This document shows positions 38,938 to 50,872 of a stretch of DNA of 64,000 bases, one piece after another; positions within the stretch are counted from its first letter, which is position 1; each line of letters opens with the position of its first letter. Where the stretch lies: positions 1,380,722 through 1,444,721 of the forward strand of contig MU004239.1 of assembly GCA_010405405.1 (NCBI GenBank), read 5' to 3'. Under the pieces are notes generated by a model, which saw only the letters and a list, made by a program, of their open reading frames with translations, did not search any database and was not told the DNA's origin. Source of the DNA: Microthyrium microscopicum. Its lineage: Eukaryota. Position numbers and translations under genes: made by a program.

Positions 38938-40203
38938 CTAGACACCACCAACAGTAACCGTCATACTCACCGGCGCTCCATCATTCACATACCCGCTCTG
39001 ATCATTCCCATCACTAGGCGGTACATCATCATACGGAAACGCATATCCCTTCCCACCAGCTACAACATTATGTACAATCCGACTGTAATGATTCGTGATC
39101 GAGTTTTGGTAGAAGGATGAGAAAGGACTCGGCATTTGGTTGGAAACCAACAACGTACTGCGATTGAATGCGGCGGCAAGCTGGGGAATGATGTTGTTGC
39201 GCATGACATTGCTGCCGGTACTGAACGGGCCGCTGTTTGATGAGAAGATGTCTGCGGTGTTTGGGCGCGCAAACGTCTCGCTGCCGATGATGATGTTGCC
39301 GTTTTGCACGCTTCCAGTGAGTGTTTGGCCGCTGACGTTTGACGTGAGTCGTGAGTTTGTGTATTGTGTGAGCACTTGGTTGATGTAGTTGTCGTAGTAG
39401 CCGTTGAAGTCGCCTGGGTGCATTACTATGTCATTGTTGGGCGAGAGGACGCGGAGGAGTTGGCCGTTGGGGCTGTTGATGAGGAGATTGGTCCAGCCTT
39501 GGACGCCGTCTGCGGATGTTTGTTGCTGGAGCTGGGCGGCGACGGTTTGTAGACCGTTAGCTGGCATGCCGTTGACTGTCTGGATGCCGCCGGAGGAGTT
39601 GGTAAGGGATAGCGCGATTGGGATAGAGACAAAGTCGACCATAGTGATGTTGGCGTACATCTGATTGGAATTGTAGGTGAATTCTGCAAAGCCCCAGTTG
39701 ACGTTGTAGTTGGGATCCGAGCCATTGGTGACAGAAGGCTCTACAAGGCCTGGTGAGTTTCCTCCGGGATTCAGCAGAAAGGTAAGTGGTTGGTCGATTG
39801 AGAACCAAATTCTTCCTCCAGCGATGTGGGGAATGGTTATGGTCCTGGAATTGCCTGGAGCTCCTAGTGCAATGGCACAATTGGCTTGAAGAGGACTTCC
39901 TACCCGGGATGGAGACGCAGGATAGTAGGGAGTCAGCCCGTCTGCTTGAAGAAGGAAAACTGCATAGTTGTTGTCAATTGCTTGGCCAGTCACATAACAG
40001 TATACGGATCCGGAGCTTGTATTGTTCTTCAGTGTGATAGGAAGAGTTGTTGAAGTTGAAGCTAAAGATCTGCTCATCGGGGCGTCGGTCTTCTTTGATG
40101 TGGGATCGGTGTTAGCTTGCGTGGACCGCTTCTTCGATGATCTGAACTTGGTGATGAGCCCCTTGAGCTTCGGTTTCAACGAAGGGAGGCAGTTTGATAA
40201 CAT
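38938..40203 (-). CDS. Glycoside hydrolase family 64 beta-1,3-glucanase, intronless
   Basis: GGRIWFS, GLVEPSVTN, WGFAEFTYN, YANITMVDFV, LAAAFNRSTL, TNHYSRIVH and GYAFPYDDV motifs. Confidence 0.92.
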   Translation of the reverse strand: MLSNCLPSLKPKLKGLITKFRSSKKRSTQANTDPTSKKTDAPMSRSLASTSTTLPITLKNNTSSGSVYCYVTGQAIDNNYAVFLLQADGLTPYYPASPSRVGSPLQANCAIALGAPGNSRTITIPHIAGGRIWFSIDQPLTFLLNPGGNSPGLVEPSVTNGSDPNYNVNWGFAEFTYNSNQMYANITMVDFVSIPIALSLTNSSGGIQTVNGMPANGLQTVAAQLQQQTSADGVQGWTNLLINSPNGQLLRVLSPNNDIVMHPGDFNGYYDNYINQVLTQYTNSRLTSNVSGQTLTGSVQNGNIIIGSETFARPNTADIFSSNSGPFSTGSNVMRNNIIPQLAAAFNRSTLLVSNQMPSPFSSFYQNSITNHYSRIVHNVVAGGKGYAFPYDDVPPSDGNDQSGYVNDGAPVSMTVTVGGV

Positions 40204-41957
40204 GGCTTTGGAATAGGAATTGGCAGCATAGATTGAATATACACGGATGTGGTAGGTCGAAAATAGTTTGGATATGGATGCAGATGAGAAACAATTAGAA
40301 AACCAACATCGAATATCTTGAGATCAAGTACAAGGATGACGTCTAAGAGAAGCGGAAGTAACAGCCTCATTCGAAGGAAGGCACTATATATGGCTGCAAC
40401 AGCCATGAAAAACCTGTTGATCGCCAACTGGCAGGTGGGAATAATGCCTACCTTAAATCAAAACCTGGTCTCAGATCAAATGGGGCAGCAGAAAGAACCT
40501 GTCATCCAATCCAGGCAAGTGCAAACAAAGTCGTTACTCCAAAATCATCCTCTAGCCTATTATGCCCAGCCAGCCAGCCATGGTGAGAGACGTATATGCC
40601 ATGCGAAGCGACGCCTTGCCAGTCACAGACACTTTTATGCCATGTGGAGAGTCTGCCACGCGGACTCAGATTGACATCTCCAAGAAGAATACTGTAACGT
40701 CATCAAGGTATTGCAGAGCCCAGTATGACAGTACGAAAAATGCATTGTCTAGATTGGCCAAATCATCATGTCATCGGATCTTGGAGCTCATCGATTTGTT
40801 ATGCAATGCTCATGGTGGGTATGGTGACGCAGAGGGCCTTGTCGCCAGGCCAGGGGTTTTCTCCGGGATGCAGAGACATTGAATGTCCATTGCGCAAAGA
40901 GTAGAAACAATTAACAACTTGTCTTTCGATCTTGTTGGCCGAGAAAGCAGTACAACCAGTATCGGACAGCGGAGAAGAAGCTCCACCTGCAAGCAGAGAA
41001 GCAGTTGAAGTTGTTCAGAATGCGCTCCAATCGGAAAGAGAGGCAACGCGACGCCGCATGGTGCACCTGCAGCCGCCCACGTTATTTCTCAACTACTATT
41101 CGTTCTGCCAACATATCTGGGGATATTTGACGTGTTCCTTGGAAATAACCCGAGTGCAAAAGCAATATATCCAAGTACCCGGGTTCTTGGGCTGACGGGT
41201 CCAAGGTACCTGTACTAGTCCCTTCAATTGAATGCATCCAACGTGCTGAGGCGAAAGACTTGTAGGCTTTCCTATTTGGGATGTTATGTCTTAGCTATGG
41301 GTCACATTCGCTATGCGTCGAACGAGCATTGCTGGCGAATTGTACGAGTCTCTATCCCATGTCAGTCATCGAACAACGGAAACGGAGAGCTTTTGTGGCG
41401 CGGGACTGTATCAGGCTGGAAGCTTTATGAAAGACGCAGCATTGAAAGAAAATAAGCTACGAAAGCAGAAGGTTCCATATTACAAGGCCTCTCGGGTCGT
41501 ACCACGTTGGCGAAGCGTTGCTTTGGCAAAACAAGGAGTAGGTGGATTGAACAGTACAGTCTCGGACTGTCCTTGCTTTGTATGATAAATTTTGTGCTAA
41601 AATCCTGTTTCGACAAGATCAATGGTACAACACTGTGCCCCTACACACGATGTGTTCGCTCACAGTACGACAAGTATGGAACTATGCTTTAGTTTGAATT
41701 GTGGTATTCCACATAAATTCTCCGTTCCTCTGTTGGGTATCATATCTAACAAGAGAATGGCAGTCATACACTGCTAAAATGCTGTATAGTAAGCTCAACT
41801 TACAATAAATCAGGCTCACGGCCTATGTCATAAATGCATCCTGACTCCCTGCAAATCCCACGGTTTAGCAATTACCCTCAACATGCTCAAAAGCTTCCTT
41901 CAAATCAAAGGTCCAAAAATCTCCAAAATAACTCCCGGACAAAAGAAAATGGGACGT

Positions 41958-44900
41958 TCACATAAGAGTACATCGAGAGCTCTTTTCCTCTTGCTTGCCA
42001 AACATTGGTGTAGCCGTGCGAGATCCAGATGGGGTTGAAGCGTGTGCAGGTCGTGTAGGTGTACTGCCAACGCGCCACCAGTGACGCCGTGAAGAAGGAG
42101 TTTGGGGTTCGGCGTATCGCGACATAGTATGTTGAGGGGCAGTCGATATTCTATCCACTATTGGACGATGTACTGCTGTATGTGTGGAGTAGCTTCCATG
42201 TGGCATGTCGCTACTATGTCTACTGTCTGAAGCGTCGGTCTGTGGTGGTGGTGGAAGAGGGCGCATTAGTTCAGCAGATGATACCCTGCGACTGTTCCTA
42301 ACGGCGAACTGCGGATTCGGTGGGGCCAGCGGCGAATCGTCTCTAAGTAAGGAGACGCGATTGCTCTGAGAGGACACCGGAGTAGAAGGTATTGACGATG
42401 CTGCCTGACCTGGTGGCGTCCTATACTGCTGAGAAAATCGATTCAATTGAGGTGGGGTGACCTCATGCTGTGATATCGGAGTAACAGGAGCACTTGCTGC
42501 CTGTAATGCGGGCGCATGAGGTATGCGTAAAATAGAGCCTCCGCTACTTACACGGCGATGCCCTCCTGGAAACGTGAAAGGACTATTCAGAGTTCCAGGC
42601 ACGGGTGCTGTTGGACTTGAGATGGGAGTTTGCGTAAGACCAGGGAGAGTACCAGTTCTAAGTTGTGGAGGATGTGGAGCATTAGATGGTAGTCGAGAAA
42701 TCGATGCGTGTGATGATTGAGTGGTAGTGGGCACTGGGCGACGAATTACTCGACTAGTTGGCTCACGAGAAGGTTGAGCAGGCTGAACAGGTATGTTTGG
42801 AGGGTTGTGTGTAGAATAACGAGTTGAATTACGATTAGTGGTGGTGTTGCTTCGATTTGTGGGAGGGTTTGCTCTTGAAGCAGCTTGTTGATGTGGTAAT
42901 ATGGGCACTTGAACTCCAGAGATGACTCTGGACACTCTGGAGCGCATGCCATGAGGCTGTGGAGGTCTTTCCGGAACATGTCCGCCCGTGAGCACTCTTT
43001 CAGCCATTCCTGGAATGGCTGTAATGGGAAAGCTCGTCGCATTTGGTCCAGGAGCATCTGGTGTTGCGCTGTACGGTGGGGGCGGGGGAACCCAATTATC
43101 GGCGTCGCTTTCGTGGGGAATTTCTCGCATGCCATCAGCTCGACGATACTCTAATGGTCTTGATGGCGCCGATCTAAGATGCATTCGAGAAGATGGGGCA
43201 TGTTGCGCCACAGTTGCCGCTCGATTGAGCATGAACTGGGGTCGTGGTGCCGATTGAGAATATGGTTCATCGACTGCTACCCCGGGGCCGAATTCAGTTT
43301 CCTCACTTCCAACGTCAGATACACTGGAGAAAGAGCGCCTTCGTCTTGGGCGATTTGACCGTAGGTCAACTTCTTGAAACCCAGCGATACTACTTGTTCG
43401 ACTTGCTGAGCTTGCAGATCTTCTTATTCGAAGGTTTGGCATTGGAGGAGCAGCGTCTCGATTTCTGCGTGTCTGATTTCTTTGGACTTGAGTTCGACGT
43501 CGCACTATGTCGACTTCTCTTTCAAGCTCTACCTGCTCTTCTGCGAGTTCTTCAGCCAAAGGTATCTCATCCAAATCGACCAAGATATCATCTGAGCCAG
43601 TTGCTGGAAGACGAAATCTCTTGAAATCAAACAGTACCACCCTTCCGCTGGCTGCCGGAGATGCAATCGGTTCCACGTCTTCAGGCATACCCAAAGGAGC
43701 AGTGACCACCAGTGCTAGAAGTCTTTCGATAGGGGCATTATCTAATTGTAGCCACTTCAGACAACTAACAGTTTCTGGAGACGCAGCATTGCCTTTCGAT
43801 GGCAATACAAGCCTTTGTACCGGCGCAAGTCCCATTGCACCAGCAGCATCCAGCGTCGCTTCATCTCTCCAGCCTGTTGGCAGTTTATAAGTCCATATTT
43901 CTCCACCAGTCTCCAGTCGGACTGCCGTAGCGATTTGGGAGCCATTCGAAGAGACTCCCGGAAGCGTGTCTTCAAACCGTTCCGTTTCACTCCATGCTAC
44001 TTCATCCGGTATACCCAGAGACTTTCCGGTGAAATTCTTGAGCGCCGCATCAAACAAGCCAAACCGGCCCCATTGCGAATGGATGGCTAGTAACTCTGAT
44101 GTCTGACCACTGCTAGGATCCGGAAGGAAGACAGCTTGTCGTGCTTGCAGTTTCTCTGGAAACAGTAGTTGAGAAATCCACATATTGGCAATAGGTTGGG
44201 GCTCTTCTTCCTCTTCGTCTTCCATGAGCATGCCTTGGTCGAATCCGCCACTTGTGGTCAGAAAGATTGAGGTTCGACTCTTTCTGGCTGGCGCAGTTAC
44301 AAGCAGCGATTTACCATCTCCGGAGAATGATGCTGATTCCACAGAGCCGCAGTTGATCTGTCGTCGATCCGATCCAGAAGGAAGTCCAAGACCTATTATT
44401 TCGAGGCCATTTTCCGATCCAGCAGCCACCAATTCTCCAGAAGCGGAAATTGCTATTGTTCGAGCATCATTATCTAGTAGTATAGTCTGCAGTTTGTCAT
44501 TAGCACCACTTATAGATTCCTTAGATCCATCACCACATTGGTAAACATCAATTTTATGTGCATTGGTGAGAACAGCATATTTTCCAACATCGGTTATTAC
44601 AACAGCCAAGGGTCTTCGACGCAAACGAAACGCTCGACAGTGATTCTTGAAGTTTGGTAGATCTTGAGCAAGCAGAATGTATAGAGCGGCGGAACTATAT
44701 GCAACAAGCCATCTGCCCTTCGAGGACACGCTTAGACCGAACGACTCGGGAAATGCAGACGAGGTGGCACTGATGGATACGAGGTCGACAACTGTTGTAT
44801 GACATGGCGAGTAAGTCGGGGATCGAGGGCTCGTGGGATTGCTTTCCTGTTCTTGAGGTATTGCAGCATCGACTACGGACAGGGCTGAGGTGGGAAGGGA

Positions 44901-45020
44901 TGATTGTGGAACGCCATCTGATGAAGAGGACATAGTTGAAATGCTGGTCATGTCAGGTCCATCTGACTCTGATGCTTTCGGATCATTGGGGATATGAAGG
45001 ACCCCAATATGGTTCTGCAT
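41958..45020 (-). CDS. 1020-aa protein with N-terminal WD40-like beta-propeller, disordered P/S/R-rich tail and C-terminal CaaX (CTLM)
   Basis: Propeller-like strands (ARTIAISASGELVAAG, SASFSGDGKSLLV), EIPHESDADNWVPPPPPY motif, long uninterrupted ORF. Confidence 0.8.
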   Translation of the reverse strand: MQNHIGVLHIPNDPKASESDGPDMTSISTMSSSSDGVPQSSLPTSALSVVDAAIPQEQESNPTSPRSPTYSPCHTTVVDLVSISATSSAFPESFGLSVSSKGRWLVAYSSAALYILLAQDLPNFKNHCRAFRLRRRPLAVVITDVGKYAVLTNAHKIDVYQCGDGSKESISGANDKLQTILLDNDARTIAISASGELVAAGSENGLEIIGLGLPSGSDRRQINCGSVESASFSGDGKSLLVTAPARKSRTSIFLTTSGGFDQGMLMEDEEEEEPQPIANMWISQLLFPEKLQARQAVFLPDPSSGQTSELLAIHSQWGRFGLFDAALKNFTGKSLGIPDEVAWSETERFEDTLPGVSSNGSQIATAVRLETGGEIWTYKLPTGWRDEATLDAAGAMGLAPVQRLVLPSKGNAASPETVSCLKWLQLDNAPIERLLALVVTAPLGMPEDVEPIASPAASGRVVLFDFKRFRLPATGSDDILVDLDEIPLAEELAEEQVELEREVDIVRRRTQVQRNQTRRNRDAAPPMPNLRIRRSASSASRTSSIAGFQEVDLRSNRPRRRRSFSSVSDVGSEETEFGPGVAVDEPYSQSAPRPQFMLNRAATVAQHAPSSRMHLRSAPSRPLEYRRADGMREIPHESDADNWVPPPPPYSATPDAPGPNATSFPITAIPGMAERVLTGGHVPERPPQPHGMRSRVSRVISGVQVPILPHQQAASRANPPTNRSNTTTNRNSTRYSTHNPPNIPVQPAQPSREPTSRVIRRPVPTTTQSSHASISRLPSNAPHPPQLRTGTLPGLTQTPISSPTAPVPGTLNSPFTFPGGHRRVSSGGSILRIPHAPALQAASAPVTPISQHEVTPPQLNRFSQQYRTPPGQAASSIPSTPVSSQSNRVSLLRDDSPLAPPNPQFAVRNSRRVSSAELMRPLPPPPQTDASDSRHSSDMPHGSYSTHTAVHRPIVDRISTAPQHTMSRYAEPQTPSSRRHWWRVGSTPTRPAHASTPSGSRTATPMFGKQEEKSSRCTLM

Positions 45021-46023
45021 GTCAGAATATCAACATGGCGAAGAGTTGAAGGGTGTGAGAGAGGTGAGACAAGCCGATTGTCAAGTCAACTCCTAAAGGT
45101 TGTGCTTCGTGAGGGGGCGAGCTGCAGAGGCGTAATACATGGCACCATCAAGTGATCAGATAGGGTATATGAGCAGCAGCGTTGTCGTGTACGTATGGCG
45201 ATTGACCGATGACAGTGATAATGAAGGACGTGAAAGAAGTGAGAGGACGAACGTGTACGCGATGTTACTGTTGGAGAGAGAGTTCCTGAGCAAAGCGGGC
45301 CTCAGTAGTAAAGTTTAGTTTCGAGCTTGAACCCGTTGGGAGCTTTGGTTACATTTAGTCCTCGCCAGTTGAAACAAAGTGCTGACTAAGGTAAGGAAAA
45401 TCCATTACTAACCATTGCATAGCGGCAATGATAAAATGCGACTGATCTCTCTTGAACTTTCAGTGTTCATCTTCAGCCAGCAACAACTGCCATCAGTTAC
45501 CTCCTCACCTCATGGTTGGAATGAACCGTTCTTCTAAGGCGAATAGTCCTCAGATTTCGAGTTCGAAGTTGAGATATGCAGAGGCCATAAACGAACGTGC
45601 GGGCTCGATGTCGAAAGCGTGTATGACTGCCTCTATGTCTCCGGTTCCGTGGTGCTATGAGTACCGCGACCAAAACATCGTTGCTGTTAATCGCAGGCCG
45701 ATTCCGCAGGGTCTAGAGCGAAGAGCACATGGGTTTTATGATCAAAACATACTAAATGAAATCTGACGTCAAGATCGAACTTTAGAAGCGTCATACATTT
45801 GTCGTGATATACATCTAGGGTCTTCACTCTTAACTACAAGAATAGCTACTTAAGATCAAAGTATTGATTGCTGAATTTGTTCTCACAACCTTAGACATTC
45901 AATTGAATACTGACACCTTCAAAGTAGCCCCCCCTTCACCTTTTTTATCCACAAAACTAACTATTACATTCAGGTATTCTATCAGCAGCTTCCATTCACC
46001 GATCAATCATCGAGCATTTCATC

Positions 46024-46254
46024 ATGGCACCCAAAGAAGACACAAAGAACAACTCTCAAGTGCCTCAACAGTCGAAGGATCAAAAACCGGAGAAATGGTC
46101 TGTCGGGAACAGTGACACCGAAGGGGCTGTGAAGGCTTCTGGAGGATTTGCATATCAAACTCCCAAGGAGAGAAATACTCCAGATGATACTACCCCTTCG
46201 AAGTCAAAGCAAGGATCCGAGGACGCGAAGGAGAATGTACGAAAGGACATCTAG
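46024..46254 (+). CDS. Small hydrophilic protein (76 aa), unknown function
   Basis: Good start context (ATCATGG), C/T-rich leader, K/E/S/Q/D-rich hydrophilin-like composition. Confidence 0.55.
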   Translation: MAPKEDTKNNSQVPQQSKDQKPEKWSVGNSDTEGAVKASGGFAYQTPKERNTPDDTTPSKSKQGSEDAKENVRKDI

Positions 46255-48401
46255 AAAACAGCACCAAGTCCATCACAATCGAAGTTGTAGGTAGCCAAAT
46301 TTAACACTGCATATTTCCTGTCGTCAACTCCTCATGCACGCCGTATCCTGTGATTGTTCCGTCTATCATATGTCAATAGTTTTAGAGGTACTGTCAATCG
46401 ATCCGACGTCCCACGATATATGAATAATCAAGCTAGGCATCCGAAGGTATCGCAAAACGACTTAGTCAAAGGGGCTCGTTTTATTATGTTAGAATCAAAA
46501 AGTCACGCATCTGTACTACAGAGACAAAAGCGCAGTCGAGTTGAGGCTCACTGCACAAGCGGAGAAGATTTATCCAGGTAAGGTTGGCGTATGCCTCAAG
46601 TCATGGTTTGATCTGAGGACAGTTCCGTTCTTGGTTGGTGGCGTTGAACAACACCATGCATGTCACTAACAACGAACATTGGCCTTTTGGATCAAGCTCC
46701 GCCACCAAGAGCCGGACTTCGTAATCTCGACTACGTCTGCGTGCCCCTCCTGTGTAGTGTTATGCAGGTCGCCTATAGAACTTCGAAGCTCTATATGAGA
46801 AGATCAAGCAAGAACATCACAGGCACTCATATATCACTGTTAGACTTACCGCATTTGTCCTGTCACCAAATGGGTCTCATCCACAATTAATCGGGTCTTC
46901 GAAGCCATTGGTGGATCTACTCTCCCTCCTAACAGATTTGCATGCAGTAAGCTAATGCAGCAACAGCTATCCTTAGAATTCTTCCGATCAAGCTTGGCCA
47001 ATCGCTGCTACTACAACCGACCGAAGTTATCAAGGAGAAAAAACGAGCCCTTTGGAGGTAAGTGTTACCTCGCCACGTTATTAGGATATGACACCTTCGC
47101 AATGGCTTATAGGCGCTGAGGACTGTAGGGTTAATGTCCGCACATGCTGTACTCTTTGACTGCTCCTGGTTCTCGTGCTCGAGCGTCGAGGCCCAGTCCA
47201 ACTCCCAACCGCAAGACGATGTCTTACTTGTTACAGTAACCAAAAATCCTTACGATCAAATATATGGAATGGCCATGGCAGTTGGTCTCAGTCATGTAGT
47301 ACTGTTCGACTTTAGCAGCAAGGGTGGCCCACTTCCGCTGGCACTTACATTGAATAGGAAACTGATCTCCACGGTCAATTAAATCGCTGACTTGAACACT
47401 CGGCCAAGGCATGTCAAATTCGGATAATAAATAAATCAGTTTAGGGACCATCATGAGTTCATGGTCAGTGAAATTGTCAGACAGGTGAGAAGTCGCCGAC
47501 CAGGTAGCAAAAACTGCAACAACCGCATCTTCGAACAATTACACCAAACTTCATGATCTGGGGACTCTGCGATGCCACTAAGTAAGCTTCATGGTACCTA
47601 GCCAACGAGGCGCATAGGACGTAGGAAAACCGACCTTGCAAAGGTCCGGGAAAGCCTTTCTGAACGTCGGAATTTTCCATCACTGCAGCCTCACGGTCTC
47701 ATTTTGCAAATTTATCCCACCAAACTTCTAAAACACCGGGGTCTACACAGGAACTCATCATGAGAGTCCACCTCACATTTCTCGTGTATTTCAGCGCTCC
47801 GTAAACCTGCAGTGATGCAAACTCCGCGCAAAGCCTCGATCACTGCCCCCCAACACCATCAAAACCAATGCGAGTATCCCGTACGAAAAAGTGCTTCAAG
47901 GAGAGAAAAGCCCTCTTTTTACTCCTCTCTGAATCAAAAAAGACACAATGCATGGAATCGTCTGCGACAACAATGATGCTCAACTCCAGCCTTGGCAGCG
48001 GCAGTCTGTTACAAGAACCGTATCACGTTTTCCAGAACAACACCGACCACCGACCAACTACGCATAGTTCCTTGGGCGAATCTTTTAGCTAAGGAATTGT
48101 TTGGGCGACACAGAGAAGACGTTGTTTTGCACGCCTGGTCTTGGTTGACCTGTTGAAAGTCGTTCGTTATGGGCTGGGCGGGTGGCTGTGAACACTGGGT
48201 ATCATATGATTGTTTTGCTGTAGCCGACGAGATGAGGTAAACATAGATGGGAATTTGACGAATATTATAGTGCTGGTAGGCTGTTGGGTGGTTTGCTGGT
48301 TTTTCGGGAACTTGTTGTGCTCTGAGAGTTGACTTTGGCCGAATTTTTCTTTTCATCATAGCTGGTCTATCTTCAACTTAGTTGCTTTTAATATACTCAT
48401 C

Positions 48402-49506
48402 ATGCATATCTCGAATATTCTTCTCACTGGCCTGGCCGGTTTGGCCGCTGTTGAGGCAGCTCCTCAGCAGGCAAAGGGACAGACGGCTCAGCAACAAGTT
48501 GCCATGATCCCACAAGGAATATCGCAAGCAAAAGATGGCTCTGTGGTCCTAGATACCACCGCTATGATCAAGTAAGCTAACCGCCTTCTCACGATAAGCA
48601 ACCAGACTAAATAATAATAATAGCAATCTCCCCATCCGTTACCGTGTCTCCGCTCCCGCAGCCATGTTCAAAGCTGCGTCCGGCGTACCCGGTGCCGCCG
48701 CCGCTCCAGATGCTACATCACCCATGGGAATGAACGTCCTTCTGCACGGCGACGGCGGAGCCAGCTTCGTCGCCTATCCGAACCAAGGAGTGCAAAATAA
48801 CCTGATGGGAGTCACAGTGCTAGCACCCGATCCGAACCTCTTCTGGGGCGGCGGACAGGGACTCAAACGCACGATGGGCGTACAGCATGCACAAGCAGTG
48901 AACGATCTAGTGCAGAAAGAAATGCCAAAGATGGTAGCCTTCAACATGTCGAACGTATATTTCACTGGAGTCAGTGGAGGAAGTCTAATGATGTCTGGAT
49001 TCTGTAAGAACCCTTCCCACCCTGCTAAGTATGGCACCACCGCTAACAACCAAATCTCAGTCATACCAGCACAAATGAAGAACTTCCCCAACACAGGCGT
49101 CCTCCTAATGTGCGGCGCCCTCGCCCCACAAGTTCCCTTCCAAGACATGAAAAACGTAATCACCAGCACTACAATCCACTACCAATCCACCACCAACGAG
49201 CTCGCCAACCTGCAAATGTCCATCCCACAAGCTGTCTCCGCCTACGAAGCCATGGCCAAGAGCGCTGGCATGACTCCAGAGCAGATCGGCAAAATGCAAA
49301 CCATTGACAATACTCCGCAAGGCGGACACTGTGAATTCGACAGCAAGGGGTTTAATAGTGGTATTCAGCTGGTGCAGAACAGCTATAAGAATATTATGCA
49401 GCCGGGTGCCACGGGCCAGGTCACTGGGATTCAGACTAATGTGCTTAAAACTGTTGTTGGGAATGAGAAGCCTACTTTTGGAAAGGCGCCGAGAAGGCTG
49501 TTGTAG
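48402..49506 (+). CDS. Secreted alpha/beta-hydrolase-like protein, 3 exons (48402-48571, 48624-49003, 49061-49506)
   Basis: Signal peptide MHISNILLTGLAGLAAVEA, LLHGDGG, nucleophile-elbow-like GVSGG, GGHCEFD. Introns 48572-48623 and 49004-49060. Confidence 0.82.
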
Positions 49507-50872
49507 GGATGCATGAAGTAACGGACCTTAGGTTGCATGAACGATGGCCAGGAAAGAAGAAAAGAGGTGGTGGTGACGGGGTAGAGGATGTTGTTTCACT
49601 AGCCAAGCTGAATGGCCATTGAGAAGTGCAGTCAACGCCTTGTCTTTTCTTTTTGGTGCGAATCCACGACGTCAGGCGGGCATAAGCAGAGTAAGCGTCT
49701 TAGCTTCACGCTGTGGTTATCTAGTTGTATAGAACCAGGATCAATTCAATAAGTTACATATGTGTCAAGAAACTAGCCAGTGATGGGGAAGGTACTATTG
49801 AGTAAAAAGTGTGTTGTCAAGCCTGTATACGATCCGAGGGCCTCACAAGAAAAAGAATGCATAGAACTCTTGTCACTAGAACCAAAGATCCGCACATGTT
49901 ACTACATCTAGCACATGTCGGTGGAGGAGCAAGTCCGACTCACCGTGGCTAGAATGCTTTTCGTCAGCATAGTGGCATGAAACACAGAAACATAGGTGCC
50001 AAAACAGATCAGACACCAGAGTACAGAAGTGTTCAGGGAAACAAGTTTAGAGCAGAACAAGATGATCAGCAAGATCGTGGATCTTCTAGCCAGCTTCCTG
50101 GAAGACCAAACGTTCGTTGCATTACTCGAGTCCATTCCGTGGATCAACTATCAACGATCTTGTAGATCATGTCTGACCTGACTATCGCTAGAACTTCATT
50201 TGACAATACGATATAATGGCAAAGTTATGATATGAGCATATATTTGCTGCATCAGTCGATGTAGCTACTGCAGTGACTATGACTATTCTTCTAGTAACTA
50301 CTCGTACATTGGATGGATATGATGACAAGAGCGGCTCTATTGGATGTGTCTCAAACGACGCTAAAAGATTCTCACCGCCTCTGTATGCTCAATGAAGCAT
50401 AATTTCTGGTCGTTTCATAAGCCTATGCGGAACCACGAGCCACCAGAAGAACCAACCCCTCCTCTTGTCCCCCCTTTTAGTGTTTATCCACCTGCCTGTC
50501 CATTTCACGGGTCCAGGTTTTAGAAAACATGCCAAGGCTATGCAAACAAACCGATCTAATCTGGTTTGGTTCTGTCTCGAGCGACTAGTGTGGCGACAAA
50601 GTGATGTTCGCTCATGTGATACACAAGTGACGCATGGAGATAATGAATGATGTGGAAAGTGAGTCTCAGTCAGTGTTGCCACTGTGAGATTGCTCGAGAT
50701 TGGATTGCTTTTGATATGGCCTATGTAGAGTGTGGGGTATCTGATCAAATTTCCTTCTTAGGACTAAGATCGATGTCATTGAGTGCGCTGTTGCGGTGGT
50801 ATTGGTAACAAAGTGAATGTGTGGTGGTAGTAAAGCATGGAGAAACATCAAATTCGTAATGATCGTAATTCA

